DNA of 63,537 nucleotides, filler included, from Atractiella rhizophila (taxonomy: Eukaryota), in the NCBI GenBank assembly GCA_021432655.1. It is 6 parts of 5 records of this genome, joined end to end, with 100 filler letters (N's around TTAATTAATTAA, not from the genome) between each part and the next. Parts side by side here need not be neighbours in the genome. Positions count along the whole stretch, not along the records: positions 1 to 17,931 come from MU271332.1; 5 more parts are not named here. One strand, written 5' to 3'. Shown piece after piece: positions 1-12,065 of the stretch; positions within the stretch are counted from its first letter, which is position 1, and every line of letters starts with the position of its first letter. The notes under the pieces are model-generated. The model saw only the letters and a program-made list of their open reading frames with translations, made no database searches and was not told where the DNA came from. The position numbers and the translations under genes are program-made.

Positions 1-95
1 CTAACTCCCGTCGTGATGTTCAAAACTTGTGATATATAGACATGTCTCGTAAATGCTTGTGATAACAACATAATATTTACACGCTCATTTCTAAC

Positions 96-2368
96 TTAGC
101 TCGAACATGAACATTGGAAACCAAGCATGGATGTTCCACCACCATCATATCGACAAAGCCGTTCTTCTTCTCCTTCCTCGCCTCTCTTCGAAAACAGCTC
201 CCACTTCTTCTCGTTAGGATCCAGCTCACCATAGTCCTCAAAAGGATTCTCGCACATCCTTAAAACCTTGTTCAGAATATCCCTCTCACCGCCTTCGACC
301 CGTTTGATGACCTCTTCCAAAACCCACTGACGAAGCACGAATCGAGGGTTCGCAGATTTCATGGCCGATCGTCTGCCCAGGCCGTCTCCGCCTGCTACTT
401 CCTCAGCCAGACGACGCTCGTATTTCTCCAACCAAGTTGTCCACTTTTTCGGTGCTTCAACCTGGTACTGAGATGGCACTCGGTTGGGAGGTAAGAGATG
501 CGAGAGGAAATCAGAGAACGTTGGAGAAGTCGTCGAGTGGAAGTAGCAAAGAATTCGGAATGTCGAATGGTAGTCGAGCGCGTGCTCCTCCATCAGATCA
601 AGGAAGGGAGAAACGATCTCGTTGAAGTCGGTTTCTTTCTGACTGGATATACCCAAGCGCCGGAACATAACGCGCTCATATTCTTCTTGAAAAGTCGACA
701 TCAATTTGGGTTGTAACTCATCAAAAATCTTCCACCCCGCTTCCCTCCATTGACTCCAGGTCTCCTCTGGAATATCTTCAGAACCAAAAGAGTCGTCAAG
801 TTTTCCTTCTTTAGCCGCCCCAACGACCTCCACTAGCGCTTCTCCTAGCTTTTTTAGGTTCCAAAGAGCGATACTCGGCTGCATGCTGTAGCGATAACGC
901 CCAAGGTCGTCGGAGTGGTTGCAGATGTGCTGAGGATCGAAAACGTCCATGAAGGCGTAAGGACCTAGGTCGATAGTGAGGCCGAAAATGCTGAATAAAA
1001 TTAACCATCCTGTTCAGATGTGCGTTTCTGAAGGTACAAACCTCATGTTATCTGTGTTCATGACTTCAGAAGAGTCAGTACATGTGATGCCTCGCTCAAG
1101 CAGTAGCTAACCTCCATGCATCCATCCCAAAGCTGCTCATCTGGTATCAATGTCCGACATTTTATCTCAACTGAGATGCCCACCTTGCCATCTAGCAATC
1201 ATGATTCCCGTCCTCTCGTATAATATTGGCACCCAATCTTTCTCTCCATACAGCTTGCCAACATACTCATACATTGCTTTAAGCGACTTCCAGTTCCTTT
1301 TCACCTTTTGCATTTCAAAACTGCCTATCCTGAGCCATGTAGGAGCAATCCTGCAAACCACCGCCGCTTTCTCGACTCGTTCTCTTCGCACACTGATAGA
1401 GGGGAACTCGATGAGGGAGAGAGAACGAGTGGTGGGGATATCGAGGGAGGCCAGCGCCTCGCTGCAGAGATATTCTCGAATGGAACTCCTCGTGACCGCA
1501 AGCCCGTCAGCGAAACGAGAGTAAGGCGTTCGACCAGCCCCTTTGAGTTGCAATTCGATGGCAGGTATGCGGTCGAAGAAGGATGTTTTGAGCCCTTCTG
1601 TTGGTTCTTTGGGTGGCTCGGTACTCACTAGGCTCGTAAGCATGATTGGGGTTGTCACAAATGTTACGAGGATACTTACATATTGTAATGGCTCTACCGT
1701 CCCCAAGCTGTCCTGCAAAGCTACCAATCACTTTTAAACAAGGAGCCGTGCATCAAGAGAGCTTGAAAGACTAACCTCCCAAACTGATAGCCAGCGTAAC
1801 ATAACGCGAATGGCGCCCAATGGTCATTTCCCAATACTTCAATCCCAGCCAACACATTCATAGTTTCCTTCACATCGACATCCAACTCTGGCAAGCATTC
1901 CTCTGCGCATTTCCTCGAAATTGAAAGGACCTCATACTGTCCAAAAGGCGGTCTGGTTCGTCCTTCCGACGAATACACATTTAAGCCGGACGGACTCTGC
2001 TCTCCCACATCTCTTGGTTCCAAAGCAGCCAGGAATTTCTCAATGTTCACTTCATCGTTCTCCTGAGACTGATTTCCAGAAGATTGGACAACAACAGCTT
2101 CATATGCTTCTTTGGTCACCCGGTAAGGAAATTCCAGAGGTAAAGGAGTACAGTAGGTGAAGCAACCTCCTTCTCTTATTCCTCGTGAGCGGCGGAGCCA
2201 AGAAGGTCCGTTCTGTGCGTCCTCTTGAATCGGACGGGTGGCTAATCCGAGAACCGAAGTGGGAGTAGGGAACACTGGATCGGGAGGTAGGTGGAATGGG
2301 GCGGAAAGTGGGGAAAGACGAAGGTATGAGATTGGTTTCTTCGCCATGTTTTTGAATTGTTGGAGCAT
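96..2368 (-). CDS. FMP40: Protein adenylyltransferase SelO/YdiU family (multi-exon)
   Basis: Spliced motifs [80 protein letters not shown] and [10 protein letters not shown]-terminus QCSCSS-TAA. Confidence 0.93.
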
Positions 2369-3286
2369 CAAAAGTTGCAGCGCCTACGAGAGACTCATCA
2401 GTTATATGAATACGAAAGACAATGAAGATATATGATCTGTGACGTCTTGTTCGCTAAGGGGAATGAGCACGACACTCCACCGTCCTATGTTCTGAGTGAA
2501 CACTTTCCATACGCACTTAAGGATTATCCTCTCTCAGGTATGCAAACCTAATATAAATTCTGCAACTCATTATGGAGGTCAATTGTCGGACTCATCATAA
2601 AGAGGCTAAAGCAACGCAGTGGACAGAACGAGAAAGGAACGAGTTCAAGCGGGTCCAAGGCTTAAGATAAGGACTCATCGTCATCAATATCCAGTCACAC
2701 TGGGCCACAAACTTGGTAAAGCACTACTATTTGCAATGTCAAGCTAGCTCCTCCATCCAGATTTCTTATTCCCAACTCTGGGATGTCACTTGTCGAAAGA
2801 AGCTCGTCGCACATCGCCCTTCATTTCTGTTGTAACAGGAAGACTCACTCAAATTCCTTTACAATGAAGCTACGTAATGCTCGCTGAAGAAGCGTCCTGA
2901 CATATCGCTCTAGCCGTGAACCTGTGGTGGTCGTAGGTGAAAGAATGCTTACGTAAAGTTCGGTACAAGCAAAGGCCATGATGCATACAAAGTTGCCAAG
3001 TTCATTGCAGACAAGCCTAATACAACAAGAAATAATGAGAAAATCGAGGAGCTTGATATAACCAACATAGGAGAAGTGGAAGTAGGACTACAACATGCAT
3101 GACATGTGACGCCAGCATTGGATTTGTGAATGTGCGCATGCGGGCTCAATGATGCATCTTGGGATATCTATCTTCCTTCAATGGCAAGAATGGAGGGCAA
3201 CGGGCTGATTATCCAGTCCTCCTGTATGACTATTTTACAATTCACTATCTCACTCAATAGGTACTGCAGGAGATCACATATCCAGA

Positions 3287-6200
3287 CTAAGACTCCACAA
3301 GTGTAGCTCCGGCATTAGCAAGCACTTGCGTTCCCTTCCTCTCCTTGATCTTCGCAGTGAAGATGACCTTGTTTCCCTGTTGCTCCTCCATCAGTTTCTC
3401 TCATTGATTTGAAAAGAAACAAACCTCTTTCCACATCTCGGTTACTACAGTTTCCCCAGGGAAGACGACCCCAGAAAACCGGACTTTGATATCTTTATAA
3501 GGTCCATACGCCTCATAAACATGCTTTCCAGCGATACCCATTGTACAAAGTCCTATAATTCCTAAGTTAACCCAAATCCTCGTAACAAAGCTGGAACTGG
3601 ACGTACCATGCAGAATCGGCTGCGGGAATCCTCCAACTTTCGAAAAGCTAGGGTCGATATGGAGAGGATTGTAATCGCCGCTCAACCGATAGATGGCAGC
3701 TTGGCTTTCCAAAGTTTTCTCCTCGACCACCTTGTCAGGATTCCTCTTTGGCGGAACGTAAGCAGCCGTTGCTGGCCCTCGATCTTGAAACAAGTTAATC
3801 AGGGGCGATTAGGCAGCAGGAAAGAGAAACGCTACCTTTACCATTCTTCTTTCCTCCAAAACCTCCAGATCCACGAATGAAGACTGTAGATTGGGATGAG
3901 AAGATTTCTTCTCCTGAGTCCGCGTCAAAAGTCTTTGTGAGAGTAGTGCAGGCAGCGGCTTTCCCTGCAGAAGTTCGTCATGTAAAAAAACTTCCATGGA
4001 ATTGCAATAGGAACCAACCTTTGTCCAGAGCTTCTAACAATTTGGTTTTATTGACGAGTCTGGCACCTGTTGGGATTGGGAATTTCTTGATCTCCAAGAA
4101 CTGCTCCCCGTGGAGTAACATCATGGGACTGAAGTTAGGGAGCCATGAATCTGCCACAATGCTTTAGCCCTCTGACAAAAAGTGGATGATTAAACAACCC
4201 ACAATCAACGGTGAAAAGTGCTTTGAACTGAGGAATGACACCGAAAGTGGGAAGCGCCTGGAAGTCCTCAGCGTTCTCAAACACATACTTCAGCTGTTTC
4301 TCTGTTGCGCCAATCCCCAAGTTGTAGAGCATGACATCGCGCTCCGTATACTCGTACTGGGTGTCATCAATCGCGCTCCTCTTGGCTTGCTTCACGAGGT
4401 CAGAATCTTCGGGATCGACAGTGTCGAGCGAGGCGAAATCGTCAGAAGCAGAAGACGAAGATCCTTCATCTGATTCATTCATTTGAGTAGCATTGGCCAT
4501 AATGGCACCGGTGGCTTCAGCTGGAGTGTTGGGGTAAATTGCATTTTCGTCTGTTCGGTGGGTTAGCACGTCTTCTTCATCCTTATAGGAGGAACGTACC
4601 GAATCTGGTGATATCCTCCCATTTGGCCGCAACATCCTCAGGTCCTAATGGCCTGTTAGGATTGAAACCATAACCTGCGCTCCTCTGCCATCTGTCAACT
4701 GCGACCCAACCGCCCATGCTCTCGACGATCATATTCGTATCCTTATTCGCTTCGCTCGACAAGAATCCGACGACTGGAGCAACGAAAGCGGGTTGGAAAG
4801 CTTTAACCATTTCCTCTGGCCAAATAGTAGCCGTCATAGCTGTACCGGCATTGGGGACGAGCGTGTTCACGAGGATTCCGTACTTTTTCCCTTCGACGGA
4901 AAGCGCCTTGGAGAATCCGAGAATTGCAGCCTTCGCAGTCGAATAGTTGGCTTGTCCGAAGTTCCCAAACAGCGCAACGACGGAGGTAGCGTTCACAATT
5001 CGACCGTATTTCTGTGCGAGGAAATGAGGCCACGCTGCTTTGGTGCAGGAGTAGGTGCCTTTGAGGTGGACGGAGTAAACCAGGTCCCATTCTGCGTCGG
5101 TCATGGCGGTAAAAGATTTGTCCCTAAGGATACCGGCGTTGTTGACCAGAATCTGCAGCATCAATTCAGCCTGGCTCAGCATATGGAGAACAAAAGCATA
5201 CATGGACTGCGCCAAAAGCATCAATGGCGGTCTTGATGACCTTTTCTCCTTCTGTCACAGAATCGGTGTTAGCGACAGCGCTTCCTCCCGCCTTCTTAAT
5301 CTCCTCCACCGTCTTCTCTGCATTCTCCTTCGAGACATCATTGACGACGACATTTGCTCCTCCCTTCGCAAACATGAGGGCATAAGCACGTCCGAGACCA
5401 GCACCGGCGCCAGTGACAACGGCAGTTTTGCCCTTAAAGTCGACAGGAGCATCCGATTGCTTGTTCGTCTCAGCTGATTTCGACTTTTTCATATTTGATT
5501 GATGGTCAACATCCGCCATCGAAGTCGGGTATGTAGGGTTGGAGTAATCTTTGACTTCATCCCAACGTGCAGCGATTGCCGAAGGGGTATAGCTGTCGTC
5601 GGTCTTGAATACCACTCCAGTACTGCGCTCCCATCTTCGCTCTCTTCGTCAGATTATATACGTTAAAATAACTGTGTTGCGCACCGAATCTTGCCCATCC
5701 ATCCTGCTCCTACCTCAAAAACTTCTCCACTGACCTTCGTCTCCTTGTTCACCAGGTAGGCGACGAGGGGAACGACCATTTCTGGCTTGAGGATTGCGAG
5801 CATCTCTGGAGGCATGATCGTTGCTGTCATCTGAGAAGCAGCAATGGGAGCGATGGTGTTGGCGGTAATGTTGTACTTTGGCAATAACTTGAGCAAAAGT
5901 TAAATAGACGATGAAAAGACAGACCTTTTCTCCTTCCCGTGCAAGAGTTTTGGAGAATGTTACAAGTGCCATTTTGGCTGAGGAGTAATTGGTTTGACCG
6001 AAGTTGCCGTACAGGCCAGCAGCTGAAGCAGTCTAATCGCTCTTTCAGCTATAACACCGAGAGAACACAATGGCTAACATTGATGATCCTTCCAAACTTC
6101 TGTTTGCGAAAGATGGGCCAGGCAGCCTTCGTGACCTTGTAAGCCCCTCTCACATGGACTTGGTGCACTTGGTCCCATTCCTTCTCTGTCATGGCTTTGA

Positions 6201-6543
6201 AGCTTTTATCCCTCAAGATTCCAGCATTATTGATGATAACCTAAAGCACAATTCTCATCTATTCCCCTTACGGAAAGAAGGGACTGCTCACATCAACTCG
6301 CCCCCATTTATCGAAAGCAGCCTTGACGATCTTGTCACCCTCATTAACATCATCATAATTCGCCAAAGCATCACCCTTCCCTCCACTCTTGATTTCCTCC
6401 GTGATTTTATTGGCGTTATCTTTGCTGAAATCGTTTACCAGCACTCGAGCTCCCCGCGAGCCAAAGAAGCGAGAATAAGCACCTCCGAGTCCGCCGCCGC
6501 CGCCGGTGACGATGACAACTTGGTCCTTGAAGTCGAGTGGCAT
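3287..6543 (-). CDS. FOX2: Peroxisomal multifunctional beta-oxidation enzyme (two SDR domains plus MaoC-type hydratase)
   Basis: Two Rossmann motifs ([21 protein letters not shown]), [23 protein letters not shown], hydratase motif [14 protein letters not shown]. Last exon reads [32 protein letters not shown]. Confidence 0.95.
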
Positions 6544-6784
6544 GTTGTTGAGTGTGAGCTGATATGGATGAAGGTAATCTGGGGCAAGTCTGGGGGAGGA
6601 GACGTGTTTTTATGACGCGGGAGGGCAGAAGAAGCCGGAAGAAGCTGAAATGGTAATCACTTAGCCGAGTCGGCGTTGCGGTTGTACCTGTTTTTATTTT
6701 GGTGAGGTTTTCTCTCATTCTCGGCTATCAGGGCTATATCAGTAAAGCTACACTCTGCTCAGTGCACAGTACTCGGAGAGCGCT

Positions 6785-6838
6785 TTCACGTTTGACAACA
6801 GCAGCCAACTTCACGTTTGACAACAGCAGCCAACTTCA
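6785..6838. repeat. Perfect 25-bp tandem duplication (TTCACGTTTGACAACAGCAGCCAAC x2) upstream of FOX2
   Basis: Read directly from the sequence. Confidence 0.9.
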
Positions 6839-6968
6839 GAATGAAATTGGCTACATAGAGAGAGAACGAGAGCCTAAGGGGCTGTAATGTAGTTTCATTG
6901 TCTGTTATGTAGTTCCATTGTCTTCTTTATTCGTTTCATTTAAATATTTACTCGTATTCACAACATCT

Positions 6969-8628
6969 TCAACTTCTAAGAATAAGTAGCGCTTCCGGAA
7001 AGTAGGCAGAATTATATCTCTCGAGCGCAACTTCTGTCTCCTCCTTCCCCTCCGAGTCAAGACGATAAGTTCTTCTGATGGTCCAGACTCGATTTCGCAG
7101 ACCAATTTGGCGAAGAGTCGAAGAGCACTTCGAAGCCATGACAATCATGTCATTCTCCGTAAGGTCGTTCGATTGATGTAGGATGTGAAGCGTCCTGAGG
7201 ATAGGCAGAGACGAGATGAAGGAGATGACTTCTTCCTGGTGCACCAAAACGAACACGTGAGTTGACCATTTTATGCACAGAAAAGGTACGAAACGAACAA
7301 AGACAACTTTTGCTCGACCGAGATGTATAACCTGAGAAACAGTGAGTAAATACCAGAAGGTGAGACTGGAGAGGAGGAACAAAAAACTGACAAGATTTCT
7401 CAAAGCTCTCATTCTGCATATCTGGGACAGCGCATCCTTGGGCACGATAACACCATGTATCTCGAATTTGGTCATGTCCTCTCCTCTAGCTTCCAGGAGA
7501 CCCTTTGCAAACTGCGTGGGAATGTGTGCCCAAATTCTCTTTCCGTCCTGCATCTCGTCGCCGCTCTTATAGATTGTCAGCTCTCTCAGCTGGTCACACC
7601 GCTGTGCCAACGTGATTAAACCCATTTCGTACGCGTCCACCGCCGCATGCATAGCTCCAGGATGCGTCGTTTTGAGTGTCCTGAGATGAGGAAGGGAGGA
7701 GCTGGCCGACTCGAAGAAGCTAACGCTATGACCACAGCTTTCAAGGGAAAGTGTTTGGATGCGCGGACAAGCCTCAAAAAGGTCGAGAAGCGGCTGATCT
7801 GTCAGTCTGATACATCCTACAAGAGTGAGCGAGGCGAGGGCTGGGCTGAGAAACGGCACGCAGGAGGAGACGACCGTGTTGTTGATCAATCCCGACTCTA
7901 GACATATTATGGAGAGCTTTTGAAGAGATGCTACATTGCTTCCTCCAGCTTCGGGATCCAAAGAGGCGGGAAAGGAAGAAGCTTGAGCGGAGAGGAAGCG
8001 TGCGAGTACGGTTGCAACGGAGTGATCGGGAAGCATGATCGACAAGGAGTCGAGACGCGGCAACGAAAGAAGTCCTTCTGCCTCCCATCCACCTGGAGCT
8101 GAGGTAGATCCGTTGATTTCGAGAGATTTGAGACTGGGTAAAGTGCAGATGGCCGCTAGAACGCTAAGCAGTGTCGAGTTTGGAATTGTGATAACACTAA
8201 AGGAAAGACGTGCTCATCTGACAAGGCTCCATTTCTCGTGAATATTAGCTCTGAAAGGTTTTGACACCTTTGAAGTGCGCGTATCAGCTTTGAGTGAAGC
8301 TCCGTCCTCTCGTCTAAAGGGAGTTCGAGGGGCCAGGTCCTAATCTCGAGCTTCTGAATGAGTTCACAATATTCAGGGTGTACATCCAGGGTAGCGAGCA
8401 CCTGTCATTTTCACATAAGTAGTGACAGTTTATTTCATTTCAGCACACCTTCACCAGCCTGTTCTTCTCTCCACTCCAACTTGTACATCGAACCCAGGAG
8501 TATAACATCCGCCTACTGGGCAGCAACCACGCTCGTGAAACTCGTGCGCATGCCGCTAGATCTTTCCAACTGTGGTCCATGCAATACACAATTGTAGGGA
8601 CAAGGTCCCATGGTAGACTGACAGTCAT
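6969..8628 (-). CDS. F-box / RNI-like leucine-rich repeat protein (multi-exon)
   Basis: N-terminal F-box-like LPWDLVPTIV...DLAACARVSRAW, then LRR units (LASLTLVGCIRLTD, CPRIQTLSLESC, LPHLRTL, CDQLRELTI). Confidence 0.75.
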
Positions 8629-8828
8629 CTGGCATATATGTCTCTCTGAAGACAAAACCAAACTGACAGCTGGAGGAAACAGTCCAGATCAACGGCATCA
8701 TTCCGACCCGGTCGGATGTTTAACCAAGCAAGGAAGACCCAACTTCACAGTTCCCACAACCCACCAAGAAGCGAATCCGAGAGCAAGAATCACAGGTATT
8801 TATAATCCCAACGAGTTTGATTGGCAAC

Positions 8829-10675
8829 ATGGCGGCTCAATCGATTATACCAGTTCTGGTTACGGGGATGTTGGTACGTGTTTTGCTCCTGACAGGGGGC
8901 AGCACTGAGACGCCAAAACTGGATAGGTCACTGGTGTCTCTAATAGCTTATGGACCAAGTATCAGGTCTGTTCTTCTTCATGGTGTTAAGGGGTATAGTG
9001 GGTTGAAGCGAAGTGACGCGGGAAGGACATGCAATGCGTGGAGAATTGCCAGGATGAGGATGTGTCGAAACATAAAGAATATTCACAGCCAGTCTGGCAA
9101 ACGCTTGTGATGTTCATCGGGGAGACCTTCTGTAGACATTTTCCTTCATATCAGGAGCACCACGCTGAAAGAGCAACGTATAGGTCTCATAGTCTTCCTC
9201 CTACTTTCCCAACTCCGCAAATGGCGTTCATCCTCTCCAACCAAACAAGGCTATCAGCCAGTATCCACATCTGTGCCACACGATTCAGCTGTTGCTATTC
9301 AGGACGATGACGAAGACGTCCTCACCTCCCGTGCTCACGTCAAGAGGGACAACGCATCGCACGTCCCGCACGGCGAGATTGGTGCTGCCCCACTACCGCT
9401 TCCTGTTGGATTAGACGATCCAGAGATCATATTAGAAGGGCACGCTGTCGCGGACCAGGAAGATGCCAAGACAAAGGAGGTGAAAGGACTCTTCCTCAGC
9501 CTGTTATTCTGGTTCCCTGCCGCATGCGATATTCTAGCCACGACGTTGATGAACACGTATGTTGCTCGTCCGAAGGTAGCTGTAGCTGATTACTATGCAG
9601 GGGACTGCTATTTGTTCCGGTATCTGTATATCAAATGACCCGTGGTGCCCTCGTCCTCTTCGTCGGCACATTCTCCGTCATTTTCCTCAAGCGCAAATTG
9701 GGAGTAGATAAGTGGGTCTCGTTAGTGATCGTCGTACTAGGAGTTGCCGTGGTGGGATATGCGAATGCGGTAGGAAGTGGGAAGAAAGGAGAAGATGTCG
9801 GAAGTAACATTGACGAAGGTGTTGGACTGGCGATTCTTGGGTAGGATTTCCCCTTCAGTTTCAGTTGAAGGCAAGTCAATACTGATTTTATAGTTCGTAG
9901 GGTCTCGATGATTGCATTCGCGCAAATCTTGTAAGCGAACTGACCCAACAGCTACTGCATGTGTATTAAAGGAATAAATAGCACAGCTACACAGTTTGTG
10001 GTCGAAGAGAAAATTATGGAGCGATACAGCATAGAACCACTCCGAGCAGTTGGATATGAAGGCATCTATGGACTTACCACAACTAGTATCTCGATCGCCA
10101 TTCTGCATGTTGTGATTGGACGAACGGATAAGGGGAGAGGTGGATATTTTGACGCCACCGCTGGTTTTCACCAGATCATGGATGTAGGTCATTTCACTTG
10201 AACCTAGTCAAATACCTCGCTCACTTTTGACAACGTAGAACCCAACTGTTTGGGGAAGCAGTATTGCGATCGCCATCAGCATTGCGTTTTTCAACTTCTT
10301 CGTATGTGCTTCTTCTGTCTCTTCTAAGTACGATACTCAACCTCTCGTTAAAGGGTTTGGGAGTCACGCGTTCGGTCTCTGCCACTGCGCGAAGCACGAT
10401 TGACACTTGCCGCACACTTGGCATCTGGGTCGTCTCCCTTGGGTTAGGATGGGAAACCTTCCGCTGGTTACAGGTTGTCGGATTTGCTCTTTTAGTTTAT
10501 GGGTGCGTCGTTGCTCCGTCTTAGCGAACAGGTCCATTTAATATATCTGCTGGGTAGAACGTTCGCCTTCAACGGCATCGTTACGCTTCCCCATTGGTTG
10601 GGGGGACCAAAACCTAACGTTCCAGCTATCGTTATATCTGACAGCGAAGAAGAGCGCGAAAGGAGGAGAGAATAA
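8829..10675 (+). CDS. SLC35F6-like drug/metabolite (nucleotide-sugar) transporter family membrane protein
   Basis: Spliced motifs QPVWQTLVMFIGE, FWFPAACDILATTLMN, VSVYQMTRGALVLFVG, ATQFVVEEKIM, VGYEGIYG, SATARSTIDTCRTLGIW. Confidence 0.8.
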
Positions 10676-10861
10676 TCGATTTGTCAACTGCTAGTTCGCA
10701 TTTCGTTGTACAACAGTGCTTCAGTCTCATTTGTACACTTTATTATGCATCAGTGCAAGCCATTCATTCCTTTTCTGAAACATATCTAAATCATTAGAGC
10801 AGCTGTCGTAGGTACATTCTGTCCCGAGTCCTAAGTGCAGCCACACCTCAGGAAAGAAAAG

Positions 10862-11730
10862 TTATATGGGAAGTTGGTGACGCAAATGCTGGAGCACCAG
10901 TGTAAACTTGATGAAGGATGGTGGTTTAGGCAGTATCGTGATTGAAATCAAGGTCAAAATCCTTTCTTCTTCATTGCGAGACAAGTGGATTAATTGAAGT
11001 GTGTGGGGTTTCAAGTTTCTTCTACTGCCTATACCAATCCAGCTGCAATTCCTGTAGCTCACAAGCGTCCTCTTCAAATTCCTAAGTTACAACCGAGACG
11101 CTCATTCTGCAGGGTTGGCTTTTACTCTCTTGCTCATTTTGTCATCAGTTAACCCGGTAGCAGGTACCCCAACTTTTCATAGCGGTGCGAGTCTCGTTCG
11201 CCTCATTTCACATGACAACGGAGTGAACAAGTGAGAGAGCGAAATTGGACGACATGGACGTCAAGGATGATTGGGAGGGCGACTCTTTCTGGGGGGATGA
11301 ATTGTTCCAGGATGCCACCAGAGTATTTGACCCAACGATCTATCAGGATATGGAAATCAAAAGATGGCCAATCCTCGCCAAACGCCACAAGTAGATGAAG
11401 GTCGGCGCCCGTTGGGTTGCTTGTTTTGGACTGCCCTGATATCAAGAGACCCGAAGCGTCTTTGCCCCGTCCAGTAAGAAAAGGCGATTGCATAAAAAGA
11501 TGTGTCGTGGGGATGACATCCAAGACACGAAGGGTATTTATCAAGCTAGTTTGTTCCGTTCTTTGCCGTCCCATATGTATGTGAAGGACGTGGAATGCCC
11601 TTAGGTCGACACAAAGACGATTCAGGACGCATTACCCGAAACCACGCACGAGCTCATAGCTCCCATTCCTCCTGAGAATATGCTCAAAGTTCACTTTCAG
11701 CGTCAATAATGATTGATTGATTGAGTATTG
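10862..11730 (-). pseudogene. Decayed LRR-like coding relic
   Basis: ORF 11203-11574 extends upstream in frame through a TAA (...GFG*CVLNRLCVDLRAFHVLHIHMGRQ...). ORF 10862-11077 looks like a further fragment. Family assignment by eye only. Confidence 0.3.
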
Positions 11731-12065
11731 AGTGGGTTTTGTCGTGCCCATTCCTTGTAATTTAACTAACAGCAAGGTATTCAAGCTTGATCAAGGTTGT
11801 TAATGCGACAAATAGGTTGTAATGCAGTAAGTAGATTTCTGCTTCATCCAGGCAGGTATGTGCCTGTCCACCACAACGACGTCTGCCATTCTCTCAGCGG
11901 GCTTTTGATCCGTACCTTATACCGCATTAGCAGTTTTGGACGACGGAGGAGACAGCTCGCCAGTTCGATCATGCAGGTAGCATTAGCTGCTTTCCATGTA
12001 CTTCATTCTGGCTTCCAGAAAGCACCCACATCGTGTTGGTAGTGTATGAACATTGCACATCGTCA

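Noticed and set aside
96..125. Selenocysteine in the SelO C-terminus
   Set aside because: Codons are TGT TCA TGT TCG AGC TAA, the Cys form, with no in-frame TGA.
2440..3150. Mirror-like reading of the SelO-FOX2 intergenic region
   Set aside because: GAT+ATC and CTA+TAG are about equal, and the ordinary strand reads as well as a decayed ORF. No call possible.
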